Shown piece after piece: positions 53,026-64,000 of a stretch of 64,000 nt of DNA; within the stretch, counting starts at the first letter, position 1; each line of letters begins with the position of its first letter. The notes below the pieces were generated by a model. That model made no database searches. It saw nothing but the letters and a program-made list of their open reading frames with translations, and was not told the origin of the DNA. The DNA comes from Octopus sinensis (taxonomy: Eukaryota), in NCBI RefSeq assembly GCF_006345805.1, contig NC_042999.1:18786001-18850000 (forward strand). The letters run 5' to 3'. A program made the position numbers and the translations under genes.

Positions 53026-53624
53026 ACATTCTATCATATAAAATATTGAACTAGAATAAGTTTAAAGTACATTTCTAGGAACACTTTACCGGGTTCTTGA
53101 TTACATGTAAATTAATATCTATAAATTTTAAAATGGATATATTTCATTATATTTTAGAAAGTGGAATTGTGACGAAGAAGCCTGCATAAATAAAGTTTAT
53201 TAATTATGGTGAAAAAATAATGAAATAATGAAAACCAGAAATGATTCGATGTCAAACATTAAGTTTCCAACAGAAATAGACGTTCCTGGTCTATCTGAAG
53301 TAGAATTATGAATTTATATTCAAAGGAGATTAAATGTCAAATTTTTTATAAACAAAATTCACAAAAAGTAATGATTTTGCATTTCGATGCTTTCAAAGTA
53401 TAATCAGAATATATCGAATTCAAAATGTCTGGAAATAAGGAGATAGATAAAATCTGTAACCTATAAACATAATTGCGATATTCAACAAAGTAAATATATT
53501 TATAGATTGATGGTACCGATACACTGTGGTTTATTGTTAAACAAAAAAGCATTACCGGGATATTGATAAATTTGCTGCGTTGACGCATTACTAAATTTCA
53601 TACATTTAGAACAAGGTTTCACCA

Positions 53625-53674
53625 CACGCTCACACACAAACACACACACACAAACACACACACACATGCACACA

Positions 53675-53716
<42 letters not shown>
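53625..53716. repeat. (CA)n microsatellite
   Basis: Direct read. Confidence 0.96.
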
Positions 53717-53717
<1 letters not shown>

Positions 53718-54083
53718 TCTCTATCTATCTACCTACCTATCTAGCTAGCTAGCCACCTACCAGTGTCGGAAATAGCAGATCACGTGATTTACACCTGCAC
53801 CACAAATATGTTTTGAAAACTAATTTTTATTGATGGAGGCTGTATTAGTACCAAAAGGCAATATCTGAATCTAGCTTAATGTGGATGCATTGTTAGAGCG
53901 CTCATATGAACGGATGATGCATAAAACCTCACACAGTTATATCGCTGATAGAAGAGTGCTCGTAGCATTCGAGTTGGCTCTTTGCGACATCATATATAAA
54001 TACATATACATATATATATACACACATACACATGCACACACATGTACACACACATACACACGCACACATACACATGCACACAT

Positions 54084-54139
<56 letters not shown>

Positions 54140-54991
54140 GTGTAAGAGGGAGGTAGAGAGAAAGAGATGACGATTGGTTATTATATTTTGTAAGTCAAGT
54201 CAAATTCGAATGGGAATAATGTAATCGCTGCTATGTTTCGTCACAGGAGGCCAACTCTCCGACGAACGTGTTTTCATAATACACTAGATTCATTAGCGCT
54301 AGTGTCTCTGGAAGATCCGATGTTTACATATCATTGTGTCTCATTAGCCATAGACTCGTGAGACAAAGGAAAACAATGATGCTACAAAGGCAACAAATCA
54401 ACACGATTGACGAACCATTTTTGACTCTCGTTCTACAAAAAAAGAAATATGCTCACGTGCATAAACAGAATGAGAGAGTAAAAACGAGAGAGAGAGAGAG
54501 AAACTCATACAAAGAAAAGATAGAGAGAATGAGAGAAAAAGAGCAAGACAGCACTAGAAGATAATCATAGTTTTTGGCGTCAAATTGGTCAGCCTCGAAT
54601 CAGAGACATGAAATAGGTGGCACGAAGTGAATGTGCCAAACTGTCTTATACCCGGAAGGAAGCCAGTCCAATAATGTAATTGTTGGACAAATGCCCACAA
54701 TCACTTTTTTAGGCGAAATATTGAGATTCAGGGAACATCCAAACATATGTTCTGAAGACATATTTGCTTATTTCGATAATGAGTGTTTGTACAATTTTGA
54801 CAGAGCTGAAGAAATTTAATCATTTTATGGACGGGTAAAGTAATATTGCCATTAGAAGTGATACGATCATTTTCCTCCTTGATATTTCCTTCACATTCCT
54901 ACATCATCCAAAAGTAAGTTTCCCAATATAAGATATATATATATATATAAAGAAAGGATTTGAGGAATAATATAAAATCAGTTCCCTTAAA

Positions 54992-55362
54992 CATTCTTTT
55001 CTACTCTAGGCACAAGGCCCGAAATTGGGGGAGGGAGCTAGCCATTAGACCGACACCAGTACTTAATTTATCGACCCCGAAAGGATGAAGGTCAAACTGG
55101 ACGTCGGCGGAATTTGAACTCATAATGTAAAGGCAGACGAAATACCTATTTCTTTACTACCCACAAGGGGCTAAACACAGAGAGAACAAACAAGGATAGA
55201 CAAACGGATTAAGTCGATTATATAGACCCCAGTGCGTAACTGGTACTTATTTCATCGACCCCGAAAGGATGAAAGGCAAAGTCGACCTCGGCGGAATTTG
55301 AAATCAGTACGTAACGGCAGACGAAATACGGCGTGCTAACGTTTCTACCAGCTCGCCGCCTT
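54992..55362 (-). mobile_element. Dimeric octopus-type SINE (head-body-tail B-body-tail A)
   Basis: Same architecture as 25067-25464. Confidence 0.92.
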
Positions 55363-56105
55363 AAGTTCCTTTAAATATTATTTTGGTAGTATTAAAACGT
55401 AGTAGCATAAAATATATGTTTTATATTATTTTAGTATTAAACTGAAGTTACAGCCAAACTTAAATAAAAGTTGGAAAATCAGAAAAGAACATAAGTTCAC
55501 GAAGTTACATTAATGTTTTACAATAAGTCATCAATTATTCTTGATAAATTTCTTTACTTGTGATATTAAATGAAGAGAAAAACTTAATTCTTAATTGATA
55601 AGCCAAATTTTGAGATAAGAGTGGCCATTTTCTTTTCAGTGGATATGTTTGTACAAAGTTCGTGCGCATCTTTTTTTTTTTTCTCTCTCTCTCTCATTTT
55701 CTTTATGTAGATGTTTTTCCTTTGTGTATGTTTCTGTTTACGTCTATCGAATATTTCGTTTCTGTTTTTCTTTTGATTTGTTTTTCCTTTTACTAAGTCT
55801 GTATTATTAGTCGAATAAATCTATTGATACACTTCTTAAAAGATAGGAGACTAAAAATATAATGAACGTGGTTAAAAGGCGACTATCTACTAAGTTGCAC
55901 ATCTATTATATAATCAGGTTTCATTTAGTAATATAAGAATAGTGTATCAGAGCTATAATATCCAGGGTTGGAGTTACATTAGTGTAAAAGGTAAGTAACG
56001 GTTTTAATGTATATATGGCTGTTATATAATTGATGCCATCATTGAAGTTGTTAACAGTGATGAAATTACGATTCTCTTCGTATTATTTACTTCCAAATAC
56101 TGGAG

Positions 56106-56247
56106 CAGTGGTTCCCAGCATTTTACCTAAATGCGTTCTCCCACGAACTCCTTTTAATATACTTATCCTTATGTATAAGTATATATGCATTTTGAATTTA
56201 GTTCAGGGACCACCAGGGCTCCGCCTACCACTGTTTGGGAACCACTC
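56106..56247. mobile_element. hAT (Charlie/MER5-like) MITE
   Basis: TIR cagtggttccca / tgggaaccactc; 8-bp TSD tactggag / tactagag. Confidence 0.85.
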
Positions 56248-57049
56248 TACTAGAGTAAGAGCCGTTACGAACTTTAATTGGGTAGATCCTACTACACATA
56301 GTGGATGAGAGCATTACGTGTACAACGTGTCGAGAATTCTTTTTTCAGATAATTTTTCTACAGTGGCTGTATATGAAATAATTAGATGATGGTTTTTTTT
56401 CTGCTTTAATACGAAAGTAGCTAGTCGATATCAGTTTGATAAACGTTTAGAGAGAAGATACGTGTAGAATAGATCAGGTTGAAGAAGTGCTTAACCAAAA
56501 TGAGGAGTAGTACAGTTGTTTGATATAGCGGTGAATATGATAGTCACATGTGGTATGGTATGCGCCCTAGTTTGTCGCGTCTATGTTTGTGTAGATTAAA
56601 TATTTGTGAATTTGAATCTGAGCTTAATAACTATACTCTCGCATATGAGGTAGAATATATGCATGTATGAGCCATACTTCATGATTTAAGTATTACGTGA
56701 TCCGAGGGAAAGCAATTGCTGACATCAGAGAATACAGCACCAGTGTAGGAATACGGTTTGGCTACATTACATATCACTTATTCTTATCAGAAATGACTGC
56801 ATATCATAAGTAGAAGTGACACAATTATAACTACTGATAGTATTTTTCTCTGTAAATGTTTCATAGAAAGTATAGTGACAGCTATTCTCTCAGTGACATA
56901 TAATTTTTTAATTCTAAGATTTCGTAATCAAAAACAATGTCCTCTCGAGTTTTGGTTGAGTGATGGAGTGTTCGTATTTAAACTTACACGAATACTAACT
57001 ACCTCCATATATATGTATGCTTATTTGAGTGTGTGTAGGTGTGTTTTTC

Positions 57050-57319
57050 ACACATATATACGCAGTATGTACATATACATTTATATATACACATATCCAC
57101 ATTAATTTATATATATATGTATGAATATATATATGTATATGTGTGTATATATTCATATTTACATATATATGTATATATATATATACATATATATGTACAT
57201 ATATATATATACATACATATATATGTATATATATATATGCATATATATGTATATATACATATATATGTCAATATATATGTATATATATATATATATGTAT
57301 GTATATATATATATGTATG

Positions 57320-57363
<44 letters not shown>

Positions 57364-57387
57364 ATATATTATATATATATATATATA
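57050..57387. repeat. Degenerate (TA)n array
   Basis: Direct read. Confidence 0.95.
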
Positions 57388-58430
57388 GAAGGGGATTTTT
57401 CGTTGTGCTTATTGTCCTGTATCTCTTTTTTTGCTTGTCTTGTTCCTTGGTTTGTGTCTATGTTTTTCGTCTCTCTATGTGTTCGACGTCTTTTTGGTGT
57501 CCTGTACACATATATGCGTGTATATGTACATGTAGAGGTAGGTACGTACATATATGTTTATATATGCATATGTTCTATTTTATTAACATATTATACGACT
57601 AAACGCACGCACCCTATTAAGTAAGATTGTTCTGTTTATCAAGTTAGCCTTGATATTAACTCTCACGTGACTCTGCATCTTTCTTTCTTTCTCTCCCATT
57701 CCCTTTTTCGTCTTTTTTCCCTCACTTAACTTGTCTCTTCCTCTCTCTCTCCCCCTCACCGTTCTTCATGGTCTCCTCGCACCATTCCCCTTCTTCTCTC
57801 TCTTCCTCTTGCTCCTCCTCCCCCATTCCCGTCGTCCATCTGCGACGATACTTCCGTCGTAACTGCTATCCTGTCTTTTCTCGCCCGCCTTCTAAGGCTA
57901 CTGGTCGACATTCTTTCTCTCTCGTCGTCCACTATAATCCAGCGTTTGCAATACTTTTTTCGTCTGGCGTTAACAGCCCTTCTTATCTTGTTCTCCTTGT
58001 CCTGTCTCTCACTGTTATATATTTATTTTTCCACTGTTTATATATATATTTTTTACTGTTTATATGTTTTTACTGTCGTTACCGTCTTGCCTTTTTTTTA
58101 CCCCTCTGCGAAAAGATCTCAAAATTTTAATTGATTTGCTTTTCGCAGGAAGGAAGTTTCTTCGAAGTATACGTCTCGCTTTTATCCTTCGAAACGTTTA
58201 GTAGATGAAACCTTAGCGACTGAAGAAGGGGATTTTTCGTTGTGCTTATTGTCCTGTATCTCTTTTTTTGCTTGTCTTGTTCCTTGGTTTGTGTCTATGT
58301 TTTTCGTCTCTCTATGTGTTCGACGTCTTTTTGGTGTCCTGTACACATATATGCGTGTATATGTACATGTAGAGGTAGGTACGTACATATATGTTTATAT
58401 ATATGCATATGTTCTATTTTATTAACATAT
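57388..58430. mobile_element. Partial-tandem element with about 205-bp direct terminal repeats (57388-57592 and 58224-58428), flanked by (TA)n
   Basis: Near-identical repeats beginning gaaggggatttttcgttgtgc; period about 836 bp; the architecture resembles Penelope pseudo-LTRs. Confidence 0.75.
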
Positions 58431-58768
58431 ATATATATATATATATTTCATAGAAGCATCTTAAATTAGATACCAATATATAAGATTATTTATGACGGAA
58501 AAGAACAACTATTAATGTATTTAATCTCCAAAAACGATGAAATTACAAATGATGACTACTTTATTAATACGATGGACAACTCGGGATATCAAGACTGAGA
58601 TATAAAAAAAATGCACAAAAAAGCGTAAGGAATATGTCTGCCCATCATCAGCTGCCGAAAAAGATATGACCATGACTTCGGCATCCTGCTGGCGCCTATA
58701 TATACATATACACATAACCACACACGCAGCGTGCGCTCACACACACACATATACATATATATATGTGT

Positions 58769-58817
<49 letters not shown>

Positions 58818-58824
58818 TTTTTTT

Positions 58825-59310
58825 CCTCTTCTCGAGTAACTTCGTAGTTTCTTCCGAGATTCTTCCCTTCTTTTCTCTTGGGCATACACCTTTAGCCTTC
58901 CTTAAATACTCCTTCAGTTTCCCTCTCAGTGAGTTGTAGTCATCGTCTATGTCGTCTCCTTGGCATGGCACCAGTCTTCCTGCATGATGGCTTCCTGCAG
59001 CTTTGCCTCGTTGTAGACTCGGACACGTTTTCCCTTCGACGCCAAATATAACGCCATCTTCTCCCTCTTCTCGTCGATGACGACCCTCACCCTTACTAGA
59101 CGATGATCGCTGCCGGTATTGAATGGCGTCACGACGGAGACGTCATGCAATATGCGTCGCTTATCAACCAGGATGTAGTCGATTTCGCTTCGGTGCTTAG
59201 AGGTCGGCGATATCCTAGTCCATCTCTTTCTCTCCCTCTTCCTGAATAGGCTGTTTCCGATGTAGAGCTGCCTCGCCTCTGCCATGGTAGCCAAACGTTC
59301 TTCTCTCTCT
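58825..59310 (-). pseudogene. APE endonuclease C-terminus and linker of the RTE element (inverted)
   Basis: YIGNSLFRKRERKRWT..SEIDYIL..GSDHRLV (APE IDY and SDH motifs), then KGRISEETTKLLEKRK. Confidence 0.92.
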
Positions 59311-59699
59311 ATGTCAGGTCGCTCTAGAGTGCTACTGGTAACATGTAATCCAGTACAACCTGTTGCATGGTCGGGACATCGGCGACTAAACTGACAATCT
59401 CACCAGGTTCGCTTGGTGAGGAGGGTGCTGTTGGACTCCCTGTGGGATGGAAAAATAAGACCCAACAAAGGGCGGATGAATTCCTGGAGAGTCAACGGCC
59501 ATCCAACAAAATACCGGCCTGCCCGCCCAGCCAGTGGGATGGCGTCATCTTATGGCTAAAACAGCACGAAGAACGAAGAGAAAAGGAAAAGGGCCTCAGT
59601 ACCCTGCACGTCAATCGGGCCACTCCATGACGGCGGAGTGCAGCTCGAGCGACGAGAGGCTGCTAAGAATCACAGGTTCCCGAAAGCCGTCATGGAACA

Positions 59700-59975
59700 G
59701 GACTAAACTTGCTATATGCACCTACGGCTGCATGTCTATGGCAGGGTGGCAAGAACTGAACCACCTAATGGAGGAGAGGAAGAAGATCAGGTGCGACGTG
59801 TTAGGGCTGTGCGAGACACGCTGGAAGAAGGAAGCGAGTATACGATGGCAAGATGGATGCATTGTGAGATTAGGAAGAGCAGAAGGTGCTAGATCGGTTG
59901 GAGGTATCGAATTCATCGTAAGTAATGAATGGGCTTCGAGGGTCGCTTCTTGCCACTTCATATCATCACGGATGA
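59700..59975 (+). pseudogene. APE endonuclease N-terminus of the RTE element
   Basis: LAICTYGC..KKIRCDVLGLCETRWK..GGIEFIV (TYN/DV.GL.ETR/GVGF motifs). Confidence 0.88.
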
Positions 59976-59987
59976 TTAAAAAAAAAT

Positions 59988-61788
59988 ATGAAGAGGACTA
60001 TTGAAGATCACCTTGAATATTCCATTCTCAGCAGAGTGATTCGTCAGCAACTAAAGAAAGACTTTGAGGCATACCGGATGGAGAAGCTCTTGAAGGCCGC
60101 AGAGGAAAAGAAGAGGCTCAAGAAATGCAAGCGGGACATGGTACTATATAGGTCGGAGGTGACGGCCCTGAAAATTACAGATGGAATACCGGTCAACGAG
60201 AAGAGCGAGATGGAAAAAGTTTGTGAAGACTTCTACACCAAGCTCTTTAAGTCCATCAGAAATGTCCAGCCGTTACCACCACTCCCACAGGAAGAAAACG
60301 TGCCACCTATCCTTGTCAGTGAGGTTGAAAGAGACATCGACTCGATGAAAAACGGAAAGGCTCCATGGAAAGACAGTATACCATCGGAGGTGCTAAAGTC
60401 AGACAGGGAGAAGCTCTGGAAAATCCTCGCTGAGCGATTTACGCACTATCTAGACGAGGGAAGAATTCCCTCGCAGTGGAAAGAGCCAAATACCATCCTG
60501 TTATATAAGAAGGGCGACAGAGAAGATCTAAAGAACTACCGACACATATGCCTGCTGTCTCACGTGTACAAGCTGTTCACGAAGATAATTCTGAACAGGT
60601 TGTCACGTCGTCTCGACGAACAACAACCGAGGGAGCAAGCAGGCTTCCGGAAGAACTACAGCACGATGGACCATATATTTGCTCTAACGCAACTGCTTGA
60701 GCGAGCAAAGGAGTACAAGCTGCCTCTTTGCGTTGCGTTTATAGATTATGAGAAGGCCTTCGATAGCGTCGAAACCAACGCAATGCTGAACTCGCTGCAG
60801 AGGCAAGGAATCGAAGCGCGATATGTGCAGCTGCTCAGAGAGGCAAATTCCGGATGCACCACCGACATAGCTCTACTGTCATCACCCATACGAGTGCCGG
60901 TCGAGAAGGGAGTGAAGCAAGGAGATACAATCTCCCCAAAACTTTTCACTGCATGTCTCGAACAGATCATCAGAGGCATCGAACGGCAAGGTGGTGTCAA
61001 CATCAATGGCGAGCTCCTAACTCACCTCCGTTTCGCTGACGACATCGTACTCATCGCTGAAAACATGGATCAGCTTCAGACCATGCTGACGGAGCTCGAC
61101 ATCAAAAGTTCTGCAGTAGGTCTCAAGAGGAACCGCATGAAAACAAAGTTCATGCGGTCAGACAACGTACCAGCAGGTCGAATGGAGATCGGCAGTGATG
61201 AAATAGAGGAGGTGAGAGATTATGTCTACCTGGGACAGGAAGTAAATATGTGCCGGGATATCAAAAAGGAGATCTCACGGAGAGTAAGGGCCGGATGGAA
61301 GGCGTTCAATGGCATAAGGGATGTGCTCAAGGGAAGGTTGGACAGGACCACCCGCGCCAACCTCATTAACAGTGCAGTTCTGCCTGCAATGTTATATGGT
61401 AGTGAAACATGGGCTACCACAAAAGAGAGAAGAGCAAAGACTGATAACGGCTCAAAGAGCGATGGAAAGGTCAATGCTTGGTATCTCGTTGAGAGAGCAC
61501 ATAAATAGCAACATCATCACAAAGAAGTCCGGCGTGAGAGATGTCATCGCAGAGTATACTCGCAGCAAGTATAGATGGGCTGGACACGTCGCCCGGCTCA
61601 CCGATAATCAGTGGACGCACGCAGTCGCCGAGTGGTACCCGCGTGAGCGGAAAAGACCACCCGGAAGACCTCCACGACGTTGGAGTGACGATTTCAAGAG
61701 GACGATTGGGATCACGTGGATGAGAAAGGTGCGATCCAGAGAGGAGTGGACAGCGTGCTGTGACCAGCGGTCTCAAATGGACGCCTGA
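59988..61788 (+). CDS. RTE-clade reverse transcriptase (506-aa ORF continued by one frameshift near 61425 into the 61321-61788 frame)
   Basis: NYRHICLLSHVYKLFT, EQAGFR, FIDYEKAFDSV, GVKQGDTISPKLF, LRFADDIVL, YVYLGQ, MLYGSETW, WAGHVAR, RPPGRPPRRWSD. Confidence 0.93.
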
Positions 61789-63764
61789 CGGACTGGTCAA
61801 AGTGATCAAAGTTATATATATATATATAGTGGCCGCTTTCATCGCATACGACCAAAGCCATTGTTAGAAAGTCACTTAAATGAGACGTCGATAATGTACT
61901 GTGAGGCTCTTTTATGATAGTGACACTTGAGCCCTTTCAATGATTTGCATATTGTATTGCACATAATGTACAGTTGGGCTGGCAGGCAGAAAGAACCGGT
62001 ACCACAGCATGATGTCTTTTGACATGTCTTTTTAATCCTCCAACTGAACGGCACATTTTTTTCACACGTTGCACATGTTCTGTTCTGAGCAATATTACAT
62101 ATGTTAAAAGGATTTGTTCAGAGAAAAATATATTAAGTCAAAAACAAATGGAGATGTTTTGGACAAAATTGTTAGTGTAAATTCTGGAGGGATACGGAAT
62201 TTTATAAAGTGAAGTAGCCGTGTTGTAATAATCTGATCATTAGGAATACATCATACATTTTTCCCCATTGAGCACCCAAAACATATCTTTTTTGGCGATG
62301 TCTGTAACTATTAATCATATATTCCTACGGCTGTACATAGATATTCATTTTTTAATTGCTTCTATGTATCACGGAGTGCTGCGGTCAAAATATGCGATAG
62401 TTTAGAGCAAACAAAACTTAGCATTCATAGAGCAAACTAGGTTTAAGTGTACAGAAATAGAGGATGTTCGCATTTGGGACTCATGTAATCAAACACCTGT
62501 TCTAGTCACCGGAAGTGTGACTTGGACATTTCAAACTATTTCCTATATTCTAAAGTGTTCTCATGATGTTGTACATTTCATATCCCAGTTAGGTCCCCTC
62601 TTCTTTATTGCAAAACATTTCCAAAGATATAAAGAAAGATCAGTACTGCAGCTACAGTGGGTGGAGGAAAAGAGATACAACGCGGTCATTGTTTTTATTT
62701 GGGCTGCACTTTTCCTTCTGCTCTACTATCTTTATAGACTCTAAAACCGGAATGGTTCAACAAGGTTAAGCGCTGACTTCAGTAACACACTAAAGCTACC
62801 CCACTGGAAAATGTAATGGAGATAGACCTTTCAAAGAGTGATGTTCACCTGTTCCATTAAATGATGAACGGTTTTGTTTTATCTTGATATGGAAGCAGCT
62901 GTTTATTCAACAGACACGCAGGGAAGTTTATTCTATGATAGAATCAGAGTGACCCAGCAAAGCTTTCAGTTATAGGCACAACCGATCCGTCGTTCTTCCT
63001 AGTTTTCTTTTTTTACCTCAGCTGTTATAATATACTTATTGAAACGGATCGAAGCTTTCGTAAAAGCAGTTATATAAAAGGTCCTGTAAGCACATTATAG
63101 TCAGGAACGTACGAATTATTAGCAAAGTCTTCTACCGCTCTGAAACTCTTGAGAGCAGCGTTTAATAAAAATATTATTATTTCATATCCACTATTCTCAA
63201 TTTTAAGTATTTTTCTTTAAGAAAACCATTTTATAATAAAAGTTATAAAGAAGTAAGTAATTTCTAGTGATCTACAAAACAAAGACTCGTACTAAGTTTA
63301 ACTGAAGCGAGTTTAGATGCACATCATTGTCACTGGCAAGTGTATTTTTTCTATTTTTAAAACAGGTATATGGAAATTGGTACAATCCAATTAATTAACA
63401 CGAAATCAGTTTAATGACATAACAAAATATCATTAACAGAAACACATTAGTTAATGAACTGTCAAGTGCAGTAATTGTATGGAGATACATTCATTAAATT
63501 ATACAGATTAGGTAACTGAAATATGTAATTAGTATTTTTAACAATACCATTTTCTTTTAATCCCTGCTCTGTATAGTATACTAGTGAAGTAATATATCAT
63601 CGCCATACAATATAAATTATATATTATAATGAAAGCGAGTAATATCTTGTTCCATTTGCCAAGATTACATGTATACATTTCATATAAATCGCTTGATAAA
63701 ATATGTACGTTGTGTGCGCGTGTGTATGTGCGTACGTGCAGGCAAACATACATATGCACACGTG

Positions 63765-64000
<236 letters not shown>

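Larger units (their letters stand above)
58813..61812 (+). mobile_element. Young RTE-clade LINE with rearranged 5' half, inserted in (TA)n
   Basis: Inverted EN C-terminus 58813-59312, 5' UTR plus EN N-terminus 59313-59975, RT 59988-61788, short-repeat tail caaagtgatcaaagt; (TA)n on both sides. Confidence 0.95.

Overview
AT-rich, microsatellite-dense eukaryotic DNA. The SINE and repeat repertoire is what I recognise from octopus (cephalopod) genomes; that assignment is from memory and was not searched. I cannot support any host protein-coding gene, and most ORF-track entries are translations of (TA)n, (GATA)n or trinucleotide repeats. The window is a transposon graveyard containing: a young RTE-clade LINE with a near-intact RT and a three-part 5' inversion, an older RTE copy with a classic 5' inversion, Tx1/L1-like fragments, R4/Dong-like (RLE) fragments clustered in (TAA)n arrays, a decayed Penelope-like element, mariner, hAT, Helitron and MITE relics, and many tRNA-derived SINEs with a modular head/body/tail build. 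The most interesting signal is three unrelated short repeat families that each carry a minimal hammerhead-ribozyme-like fold: stem I, C(U/C)G(A/U)NGA, an extra A, stem II, GAAAC and GUH, with different but covarying stems. One of these families has a tRNA-like Pol III head, and another sits in a 1.09-kb tandem duplication. All calls were made by eye; coordinates are approximate to a few bases unless termini are quoted.
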